Assembly (NCBI GenBank): GCA_964397745.1 | Contig: CAYNKH010000002.1 | Coordinates: 1-46,653, forward strand | From: an uncultured Bacteroidales bacterium | Lineage (GTDB): Bacteria > Bacteroidota > Bacteroidia > Bacteroidales > ML635J-15 | Length of the DNA: 46,653 bases | Direction of reading: 5' to 3' | Part shown: piece after piece, positions 16,813 through 24,988 of the stretch | How positions within the stretch are numbered: position 1 is the first letter of the stretch | How the letters are laid out: each line of letters opens with the position of its first letter | The notes under the pieces: model-generated | What the model was told of the DNA's origin: nothing | The model's input: only the letters and a program-made list of their open reading frames with translations | Databases searched by the model: none | Translations under genes and position numbers: made by a program

Positions 16813-16893
16813 TTTATACTAAAAAAATCATTTCCTTTAACAATATTTAACAATAATTGTTGTTATTTTGTTATATGGTAACTTTATTAACTT

Positions 16894-17985
16894 ATGAACT
16901 TAAAAACAAAAGTAGTAATAATTATAATATTTGCAGCAAATTCTTTATTTGCTCAGGTTACTCCTAAATACAGTAATGAGTTTTTGGCAATTGGTGTTGG
17001 AGGTAGAGCCTTAGCAATGGGGAACTCTGTTGTTGCTTCGGTAGATGATATTAATTCTATTTATTGGAATCCCGCAGGATTAACAAAACTCGAAAAACAA
17101 ATCGAAATTGGTGCTATGCACTCAGAGTATTTTGCTGGTATTGCAAAGTTCGACTTTATTGGAGCATCTTATAAAATCGATAACAAATCTGCTGTGGGAC
17201 TCTCAATGATACGCTTTGGTGTTGATGACATTCCTAACACACTTGATTTAATTGATAGCGATGGCAACATCAGATACGACCGTATCTCCTCGTTTTCTGT
17301 AGCCGATTATGCTTTTTTATTCTCTTACGCACGTGTTTTACCTATTGACGGACTTAGCCTCGGCGGAAATGTAAAACTTATACGAAGAAATGCTGGAGAT
17401 TTTGCTGATGCCTGGGGCTTTGGTTTTGATATTGCAGCTATGTATGATATTAAAAACTGGCATTTTGGAGCTAATCTGCGTGATGCAACTTCGACTTTTA
17501 ATGCTTGGAGGTTTAATCAGGAATTACTTCGCGAGGTTTTTGAAGCAACAGGCAACGAAGTTCCCGAAAATGGATTAGAAATTACTTTACCACGACTTAT
17601 TCTTGGTGCTGGATATAATTTTATTATTAGCGAGAAATTTAATCTCTATACCGAAATAGGACTTAACACAACATCGGACGGTAAAAGAAATACTTTGTTA
17701 AAAACCGACTTAATTAGCATTGATCCTTCAATGGGTATTGAAATTGGATATAGTAATATAGTTTTTGCTCGAGCTGGAGTTAATAATTTTCAGCAAATAC
17801 CCGAATTTGACGGTACTAATGACTTTTCTTGGCAACCCAATATTGGTATTGGAATTAAATATTTTGGCTTTAGACTCGATTACGCATTAACGGATATTGG
17901 AAATCAAAGTATTGCATTGTATTCGCATATTTTTTCGCTCAGTTATAATTTTAACGCTAATGCTCTGTTAAAAAAACCAGACTAA
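16894..17985 (+). CDS. PorV/PorQ-family outer-membrane beta-barrel protein (T9SS-associated)
   Basis: 363 aa. Signal peptide ends ...NSLFAQ. GVGGRALAMGNSVVASVDDINSIYWNPAGL matches the N-terminal ARAxGMG...D..s..WNPA signature of PorV/PorQ-type barrels. It lies directly upstream of a C25 (PorU-like) peptidase gene. Confidence 0.6.
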   Translation: MNLKTKVVIIIIFAANSLFAQVTPKYSNEFLAIGVGGRALAMGNSVVASVDDINSIYWNPAGLTKLEKQIEIGAMHSEYFAGIAKFDFIGASYKIDNKSAVGLSMIRFGVDDIPNTLDLIDSDGNIRYDRISSFSVADYAFLFSYARVLPIDGLSLGGNVKLIRRNAGDFADAWGFGFDIAAMYDIKNWHFGANLRDATSTFNAWRFNQELLREVFEATGNEVPENGLEITLPRLILGAGYNFIISEKFNLYTEIGLNTTSDGKRNTLLKTDLISIDPSMGIEIGYSNIVFARAGVNNFQQIPEFDGTNDFSWQPNIGIGIKYFGFRLDYALTDIGNQSIALYSHIFSLSYNFNANALLKKPD

Positions 17986-18053
17986 CCAAGTTATAATTAA
18001 AAAGATTTTTATTAAACTTGCTGTTGTATTACAATATTTTGTATTTTTAAACT

Positions 18054-21000
18054 ATGAACATAATTTTAAAATCTGTCGTTCTATCTGTTTTGCTTATTCT
18101 AACTATGTCAAAAGGTTTAGATGCACAAAATTATGGTAATGAGTGGATTAACTATGACCAGCAGTATTTTAAAATTCATGTAAGCAGCGACGGATTATAT
18201 AGAGTTTCTTATTCGGAATTGGTAAGTGCAGGGATTCCTGTCAGTTTGATAGACTCTCGTGGGATAAGTGTTTTTTACAAGGGAGAGGAACAATATATAT
18301 ACATACATGGACAAAGTAGTTCTGGGGTTTTAGATCCCGCAGGTTATATTGAGTTTTATGGTCAACGAAACAGAGGACATCAGGACGAAGCTTTTTTTGA
18401 CAATCCTACAAATAGGGTTAATAACGATTATAGCTTTTATAATGACACATCTGCATATTTTTTAACTTGGAATTATACTTCAACAAACAGACGCTTAACT
18501 TCTGTAAATCAAACTGATTACGCTCCGTATATCTCATCGGCTCAAGATTATTGCATTAAAAATATCAGACATAATTACACATCAACTTTTTATTGGGGGG
18601 CATTACAAAATCTTTATACAGAAGGCGAAGGTTGGTTCGATAGCAATTTAATTACTGAAACTGCACCAGTTACAAAAACAATTCAATTACCCGAAATATA
18701 TAGTACCTCGTCTAATGCTCAAATCGAAGTTGCTGCTGTTGGAGTACCAGCAAATCTACCAACTTCTTATGTTCCTCATCACTTAAAGCTTGAGTTCCTG
18801 GGACAAACAAGAATTGATGAAACATACACAGGTTATGAATTTGTGCGTAAAACTCTTAATATTCAAGCAAATCAACTTGTTTCGTCTATGTCGTTTAAGT
18901 TTACATCAAACGATGTGAGCCAGCCAGAGATAAACGACAGAAATGTTGTATCATATATTGATATTAACTATCCCCATACATGGAATTTTGAAAACACAGA
19001 CTATTTTGAATTTATCTTGCCAAAAAACCTTGCAACAACAAAAGATTACATCGAAATACAAAATTTTAATTCTGGAACAACTACTTATTTGTACGACTTA
19101 ACAAATCACGAACGAATATTAGTAAACAATGCGTCAGGAACACTGAAAGCACTTGTAAATCATACAGATACACAGCGAAAAATGATTATTTGTAATCAAT
19201 CTGGCTATAAATCAGTTGATAGAATAACAAAAATCAGTTCAAATAATAAATTTATAGATTATTTTAGCGAGCATCAAAATGCAAACTACCTAATAGTTAC
19301 ACACAAAAGCTTATGGAGTGGAGCCGAGCAATATGCTGCATATCGCAATTCTACTTTTAATGTTTTATTAATGGATGTTGATCATCTTTACGACCAATAC
19401 GGATACGGAATAAATAAACACCCTGTTGCAATTAGAAATATTTCGAGAAGATTTTATGATTATGCCGACAAACCCCGTTTTTTATTTTTGATTGGAAAAT
19501 CTATTCATTATAGGGCAGTTAGAAACAATCAAACAAACTATACTAACTGTCTTGTTCCGTCTGCTGGAAATCCCTCATCAGATAATTTAATAACCGCTGG
19601 AATTGACGGAAATGTTTACAATCCTGTTTCTGGCACAGGTCGTTTAAGTGTTGGCAATAACGAAGGAATACTTCAATATTTAGATAAGATAATTGCTTAT
19701 GAGTCAAATCCCACCGAAGAGTGGATGAAACGAATTGTCCATTTTGGAGGAGGTGCAAATTCCAATGAACAAAACGCCTTTGCAAACTATCTAAATGGAT
19801 ACAAAACGATTATTGAAGATACTCTGTTTGGAGCATCAGTTACAACTTTCTTAAAAAACAGTTCTGCACCAATACAAATTACGCAATCCGATTCAGTTAG
19901 ACATCTTATAAATACAGGAACAAGTATGATGACCTTTTTTGGACATGCCTATGGTCAGGGATTTGATCAAAATATTGATTTTCCCGATACTTATAATAAT
20001 CAGGATAGGTATCCTTTTATTCTTGCAAATTCGTGTTTTGTCGGAGATCTCCATCAAATAGGATTTAATAGTTTTGGCGAATTATGGATAAATATTCCAA
20101 ATAGAGGAGCAATTGCATTTTTAGCTACTACTAACAATGGCATAGCAACATATCTTAATATCTTTTCATCGGAGTTCTACAAACAAATAGCATATAAGGC
20201 ATATAAAACACCTCTAGGATTACAAATTGTAAAAGCTTTTAAAAATATAGAGGCTTTTTATGGCTCAAACGTATATATGGAGATAGCATGTCATGAATTT
20301 ACTTTAAATGGTGATCCAGGCATTGTTATAAATGCTCACGAAAAACCCGATTTAACCATTAGTGAAGAATTGGTAAGTTTTATTCCCGAAAATATATCAA
20401 CGGTAATTGATAGCTTTGATGTAAAAATTGTTGTAAAAAATATTGGCAGAGCGGTTCAAGATACTTTTCTTGTATCTGTTGAGCGTACATTTCCAAACGG
20501 AAATTCAGACCAAATTTATGCTACAGTTTTTGGATGCAATTATCTTGATACAATAATGGTTAGATTGCCTGTTGATAGACAAAATGGGACAGGGATAAAC
20601 TCCCTCAAAATTTTTGTTGATGCGTTTAATCAAATTGCCGAATTGTCTGAAATAAATAACGAAGTAACAATCAATTTTTTAATTCGTTCGGGAGACCTTT
20701 TCCCAATTTATCCTTATAAATATGCAATTTATCCTAACAATGAAGTTACGCTTATTGCAAGTACTGGTGATCCTTTTCTTCCTTTGGCAGATTATCGTTT
20801 TCAAGTTGATACGTGCGATAAATTTAATAGCCCAATATTGCATTCGGGTCTTGTTCAGAGTTCAGGAGGTTTAGTAAATTGGCAGATCCCGTTTAACCTT
20901 ACAGAAAATAGAGTGTATTATTGGCGTATTTGTCACGACCACGCAAATCCTGATAGTCTTATCTGGAAAGAATCATCGTTTATTTATATTGAAGGAGAAG

Positions 21001-23048
21001 AGGGCTGGTCACAAGCTCATTATAACCAATTTAAAGAAGACGAATTCTTGTTTATTAATTATTTGCCGACTACACAAAAATTTGAGTATATAGATATTCC
21101 AAAAAGATTAAATTGTCATAATACGGGAGTAGTAAATCTGCAAACAATTTATGAAATCGGGTGGAATATTGACAATTCAATTAACAATGGACTTGGTGCT
21201 ATAAGTAATTGCGGAATGGCTTCTGCGATGCTTGTCGCTGTAATTGACCCACAAACTATTTTAGGATGGCCTTCGGATATACAAAATTTTGGACACCGCA
21301 ATTATCCAAAATGTTTTTCAAGTAATAACCCAAACTTTTTTTTCTCATTTAATACTAACGCAGTCGGATTAGACTCCTTAAAATCAATGATTGATTTTGT
21401 TCCAGATGGATATTATATTTTAACATATTCGTGGGGAAACGGAAATTTTAGTAACTGGACTGAGGACTTGTTTCAAACCTATGAAGCTCTTGGAGGCACT
21501 AATATCAGAAATGTAAATGACGGAGCACCGTATATCTTATTTGCTCAAAAAGGAATCCCCTCAACAGCAAAAGAGCATTTTGGGTCAAGCTATACAGATG
21601 TAATTAACTTAGAGCCTGTTGATCTTATAACAGAATTTACTTATGGCTATATAACCAGTGTTACGGTTGGTCCCTCAAATACATGGGAGTCTTTTAATTG
21701 GATGCAATACGCAGAAGAAAGCCCTTCGGACGATGATACTTGGATAAAAATTTACGGAATAACACCACAAGGAGAAACCGAACTTGTTATTGACGAAATT
21801 GGAACAGATACGTATGAGATTCTAAACTTAAATGATTCGATTGATTATCAGCAATATCCAAATATCAAATTAAAGTTTTTCTCGAAAGATGAAACAACCA
21901 AAACCCCAGCTCAACTTGATAAATGGCAATTGCGATTTATAGGCGTTCCCGAAACTGCAATTGATCCACAATCAGGGTATTATTTTTGCTGCGATACAAT
22001 TAATGAAGGTGATGAGTTTAGTTTCGCAGTAGCCACAAAAAACATTAGCACTTATGATATGGATAGCCTTGTAGTTAAATATTGGCTCCAGGATGCCGAC
22101 AATATCATAACTAATATAGATACAAAAACATTGAGCCCTCATCCTGCTGGAGACATTATTATTGATACAATTACTTATTCAAGCCTCGGACTATCGGGTT
22201 TAAACAGTATCTGGATAGAATATAATCCAATAAATGAAAATACTGGTACGTACTATCAGACAGAGCAACATCATTTTAACAATATAGCATCTAAGTATTT
22301 TTATGTGCAGAAAGATATTACTAATCCTATCTTAGATGTTAGCTTTGACGGACGATATATTATGAATGGTGAAATAGTGTCGGCAAAACCCGAAATCCTT
22401 ATAAAACTAAAAGATGAAAATCAATATCTTACTTTAAATGACACTTCGCTATTTAGGGTATATGTTACTGATATGCAAAGAGATATGGAAAGAAGAATAT
22501 ACTTTACTCAGCAACAAAACCCTGAAGAGACAATTGAGTGGATACCTGCAAGTTTACCCGAAAACTCCTGTAAAATAATTTATAATCCAGTATTTAATAC
22601 TGATGGCATGTATAGACTTAGAGTTCAAGCAACAGATGTTTCATCTAATGAATCAGGTGCCAACGATTATGTTATTGATTTTGAGGTTGTTACGCAATCT
22701 GCAATTACACAATTATTAAATTATCCCAATCCTTTTAGTACAAGCACTCGTTTTGTTTTTGAACTTACTGGCAGCGAAATTCCTGACGAATTGCAGATTC
22801 AAATATTTACTATCACTGGGAAATTAGTTAAAGTTATTTTTATTGATGAACTTGGACCAATTTATATAGGCAGAAACATTACCGAATACGCATGGGACGG
22901 TAAAGATATGTACGGCGACCAACTTGCAAATGGAGTATATTTTTATCAGGTAAAAGCTAAAATCAATGGTCAAGATATAGACCATCGTGCCACCGCCGCA
23001 GATAAATATTTTAAGAAAGAAATTGGTAAAATGTATTTGATGCGGTAA
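18054..23048 (+). CDS. very large C25-family (gingipain/PorU-like) cysteine peptidase with FlgD-Ig-like C-terminal domain
   Basis: 1664 aa with a signal peptide. The N-terminus NYGNEWINYDQQYFKIHVSSDGLYRVSYSEL is typical of PorU/C25 proteins. The catalytic dyad candidates are FFGHAYG (His at nt 19944) and LANSCFVGD (Cys at nt 20034), 30 residues apart as in gingipains. The C-terminus reads NYPNPFSTSTRFVF...WDGKDMYGDQLANGVYFY (FlgD_ig / T9SS-like). Confidence 0.75.
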   Translation: MNIILKSVVLSVLLILTMSKGLDAQNYGNEWINYDQQYFKIHVSSDGLYRVSYSELVSAGIPVSLIDSRGISVFYKGEEQYIYIHGQSSSGVLDPAGYIEFYGQRNRGHQDEAFFDNPTNRVNNDYSFYNDTSAYFLTWNYTSTNRRLTSVNQTDYAPYISSAQDYCIKNIRHNYTSTFYWGALQNLYTEGEGWFDSNLITETAPVTKTIQLPEIYSTSSNAQIEVAAVGVPANLPTSYVPHHLKLEFLGQTRIDETYTGYEFVRKTLNIQANQLVSSMSFKFTSNDVSQPEINDRNVVSYIDINYPHTWNFENTDYFEFILPKNLATTKDYIEIQNFNSGTTTYLYDLTNHERILVNNASGTLKALVNHTDTQRKMIICNQSGYKSVDRITKISSNNKFIDYFSEHQNANYLIVTHKSLWSGAEQYAAYRNSTFNVLLMDVDHLYDQYGYGINKHPVAIRNISRRFYDYADKPRFLFLIGKSIHYRAVRNNQTNYTNCLVPSAGNPSSDNLITAGIDGNVYNPVSGTGRLSVGNNEGILQYLDKIIAYESNPTEEWMKRIVHFGGGANSNEQNAFANYLNGYKTIIEDTLFGASVTTFLKNSSAPIQITQSDSVRHLINTGTSMMTFFGHAYGQGFDQNIDFPDTYNNQDRYPFILANSCFVGDLHQIGFNSFGELWINIPNRGAIAFLATTNNGIATYLNIFSSEFYKQIAYKAYKTPLGLQIVKAFKNIEAFYGSNVYMEIACHEFTLNGDPGIVINAHEKPDLTISEELVSFIPENISTVIDSFDVKIVVKNIGRAVQDTFLVSVERTFPNGNSDQIYATVFGCNYLDTIMVRLPVDRQNGTGINSLKIFVDAFNQIAELSEINNEVTINFLIRSGDLFPIYPYKYAIYPNNEVTLIASTGDPFLPLADYRFQVDTCDKFNSPILHSGLVQSSGGLVNWQIPFNLTENRVYYWRICHDHANPDSLIWKESSFIYIEGEEGWSQAHYNQFKEDEFLFINYLPTTQKFEYIDIPKRLNCHNTGVVNLQTIYEIGWNIDNSINNGLGAISNCGMASAMLVAVIDPQTILGWPSDIQNFGHRNYPKCFSSNNPNFFFSFNTNAVGLDSLKSMIDFVPDGYYILTYSWGNGNFSNWTEDLFQTYEALGGTNIRNVNDGAPYILFAQKGIPSTAKEHFGSSYTDVINLEPVDLITEFTYGYITSVTVGPSNTWESFNWMQYAEESPSDDDTWIKIYGITPQGETELVIDEIGTDTYEILNLNDSIDYQQYPNIKLKFFSKDETTKTPAQLDKWQLRFIGVPETAIDPQSGYYFCCDTINEGDEFSFAVATKNISTYDMDSLVVKYWLQDADNIITNIDTKTLSPHPAGDIIIDTITYSSLGLSGLNSIWIEYNPINENTGTYYQTEQHHFNNIASKYFYVQKDITNPILDVSFDGRYIMNGEIVSAKPEILIKLKDENQYLTLNDTSLFRVYVTDMQRDMERRIYFTQQQNPEETIEWIPASLPENSCKIIYNPVFNTDGMYRLRVQATDVSSNESGANDYVIDFEVVTQSAITQLLNYPNPFSTSTRFVFELTGSEIPDELQIQIFTITGKLVKVIFIDELGPIYIGRNITEYAWDGKDMYGDQLANGVYFYQVKAKINGQDIDHRATAADKYFKKEIGKMYLMR

Positions 23049-23158
23049 GAGTTTGTCAAATAATTCATTTATAAGTTCATAAATTAGTTTTAATAAGACT
23101 TTTAGTCATGTTTTAACCGATTTCTCTCACACCTTGATTTCGCAGCACATTCGCCTCT

Positions 23159-23412
23159 GGTGTCAGTCCCAGAGGGACGTAATATGGGTAAAGTAGTAGT
23201 AAACAGAGTCTTAGAAGTCCCGTATGGGACGATACATTTTGAAAATAGCACAAGTTTTTAAATAGTTTTTAGCACAAAAATTTCAAATTTTAACCAAATC
23301 CCAAACTTATATAACTTAATATATCAACAAATAATATATCGTCCCATACGGGACTTGTAAAGCATTAACTGTCATGGTCTTACCAGTGTTTTGTCCCTCA
23401 GGGACTGACACC
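23159..23412. repeat. 254-bp dyad-symmetric element built from four GTCCC-N3/4-GGGAC hairpins
   Basis: Outer arms GGTGTCAGTCCCAGAGGGAC (23159-23178) and GTCCCTCAGGGACTGACACC (23393-23412) are reverse complements with one loop mismatch. Inner arms AGTCCCGTATGGGACGATA (23216-23234) and TATCGTCCCATACGGGACT (23337-23355) are perfect reverse complements. Both pairs share the same symmetry centre (23285/23286). Both hairpin-to-hairpin spacers are 38 nt. Confidence 0.8.
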
Positions 23413-23492
23413 ATAGATAATGATTTTTCCCATGCCCTCAGATTTGCTTTACTCGGTTGCAATCCGAGTGTTGCAATTAATATTTCAACCAA

Positions 23493-24776
23493 TCAAGAAC
23501 TCATAATCTGTTCAATCTCATCTGCTTCGATAGGAATATTGCTACACATATCTATCGGAGTATTAGCAACCATAATATCGTTTTCTATACGTATGCCAAA
23601 GCCTTCATTCTCGATGTAAATTCCAGGTTCACAGCTTAGTATCATTCCTGTTTGCAAAACTGTATCTTTATTTCCAACATCGTGTACATCTAATCCAATA
23701 AAGTGCGAAACCCCGTGCATATAATATTTTTTAAATGCTGGATTTTCGTCTTTTTGTGTTGCAATATCAAACCTGCTAATAAGTTTGAGTTTTAGAAGAG
23801 CATCTTGTATTAGCATTTGTGCTTCTAAATTTAACTGCCTGATAGTATTTCCTGGTATAATTTGTTTCTTTATTTGTTTATGGACATCTAATACGGCATT
23901 ATAAACTTCTTTTTGTCTTGAGGTAAATTTCCCTGAAATTGGAATTGTTCTACTAACATCGGCAGCGTAATATTCAAGTTCTGCTCCAAAATCAAGCAAT
24001 AATAAATCGCCTGCATTACATTTATTCCGATTTGTATTATAATGAAGTATATTATTGTTTTTCCCTGCTGCTACAATAGACGGATAGGCATAATCGTGGG
24101 CTCCACGAGTAAAAAAACCTTTAAGTATTTCTGCTTCCACTTGATATTCATGTACATTAGGCTTTACAAACTTTAAAATATCCAAAAAGGTTTTACCAGT
24201 AATGTCCATTGCTTTTTGCATAACATTTTGCTCTAAGGGAGATTTTATTAAGCGTAAATCTATTGTAAGTGGATCGAGATCTAAAACATTATGATTTTCA
24301 ATTTCAGATTTTACAGAATCAATCCAATTATCAAATATTGAATGTGAATATTGTATCCCTCTAATATTTGAATTGTGAGAAAAGTAAAGATTTTTCGATT
24401 TTTTTATCAATCTTTGAAAAACCTCATCAAATTTCTCTTGAAATTCAATATTCTCAATTCCAGAAATCTTAGCAGCCTCATCTTTGGAGTATTTATGCCC
24501 AATCCATGTAAGCATTTTTTGATTGGGTTCAATAATAAAAGCAAACTCAGTAAAACTTTTAGATTCTTTAGCTTTGTAAAGCAAGATTGTTGTATTTTCT
24601 TGTGTAAGACCAGAATAATAAAACGTGTCTGAATTTTGCCGATACTTATAATACTGATCTCCATTTTTGGGAAACTGTTCGGCTGAAAACAGCACAACAA
24701 GTGAGTCTGGTAATATTTCAGTAAACAGATTTTGTCGGTTATTTGTAAAAAACTTACTGTTAAAATTACTTTGCAT
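23493..24776 (-). CDS. pepP: Xaa-Pro aminopeptidase (M24B)
   Basis: 427 aa. AMP_N-like N-terminus and M24 metal-ligand motifs LLLDFGAE.EYYAADVSRT, HGVSHFIGLDVHD and EPGIYI..EGFGIRIEND. Confidence 0.88.
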   Translation of the reverse strand: MQSNFNSKFFTNNRQNLFTEILPDSLVVLFSAEQFPKNGDQYYKYRQNSDTFYYSGLTQENTTILLYKAKESKSFTEFAFIIEPNQKMLTWIGHKYSKDEAAKISGIENIEFQEKFDEVFQRLIKKSKNLYFSHNSNIRGIQYSHSIFDNWIDSVKSEIENHNVLDLDPLTIDLRLIKSPLEQNVMQKAMDITGKTFLDILKFVKPNVHEYQVEAEILKGFFTRGAHDYAYPSIVAAGKNNNILHYNTNRNKCNAGDLLLLDFGAELEYYAADVSRTIPISGKFTSRQKEVYNAVLDVHKQIKKQIIPGNTIRQLNLEAQMLIQDALLKLKLISRFDIATQKDENPAFKKYYMHGVSHFIGLDVHDVGNKDTVLQTGMILSCEPGIYIENEGFGIRIENDIMVANTPIDMCSNIPIEADEIEQIMSS

Positions 24777-24828
24777 AAGAATATCTATTTATAATTATTG
24801 TCGTAGGATAAAGGTACATAATTTTTTT

Positions 24829-24836
24829 CAAATATA
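24829..24836 (-). promoter_or_regulatory. Bacteroidota-type -7 promoter box for pepP
   Basis: The minus strand reads TATATTTG, 53 nt upstream of the ATG at 24776. Confidence 0.35.
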
Positions 24837-24955
24837 GAGTTTTGGTTTATTATATCATTGTTTTTTTAATACACTATATGTGTCAGAAATTCTTAATTTC
24901 ATAAGATTAAAGAACAATCTCGTTGAATTAAATTGTTTTAATATTTGTATTAGTA

Positions 24956-24963
24956 TAGTTTTG
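24956..24963 (+). promoter_or_regulatory. Bacteroidota-type -7 promoter box
   Basis: TAGTTTTG lies 26 nt upstream of the ATG at 24989. Confidence 0.45.
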
Positions 24964-24988
24964 AGATTGAGAATAAAATATAAATATT

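Noticed and set aside
16833-16865. AT-rich palindrome AACAAT-A-ATTGTT in the pssA / porV-like divergent promoter region
   Set aside because: The 13-bp palindrome is all A/T apart from one C/G pair, in very AT-rich DNA. That is expected by chance, and no second copy was noticed.
23374-23619. 81-aa plus-strand ORF spanning the intergenic repeat and the 3' end of pepP
   Set aside because: It overlaps the well-supported pepP gene in antisense and runs through the hairpin repeat. It has no domain or start context.
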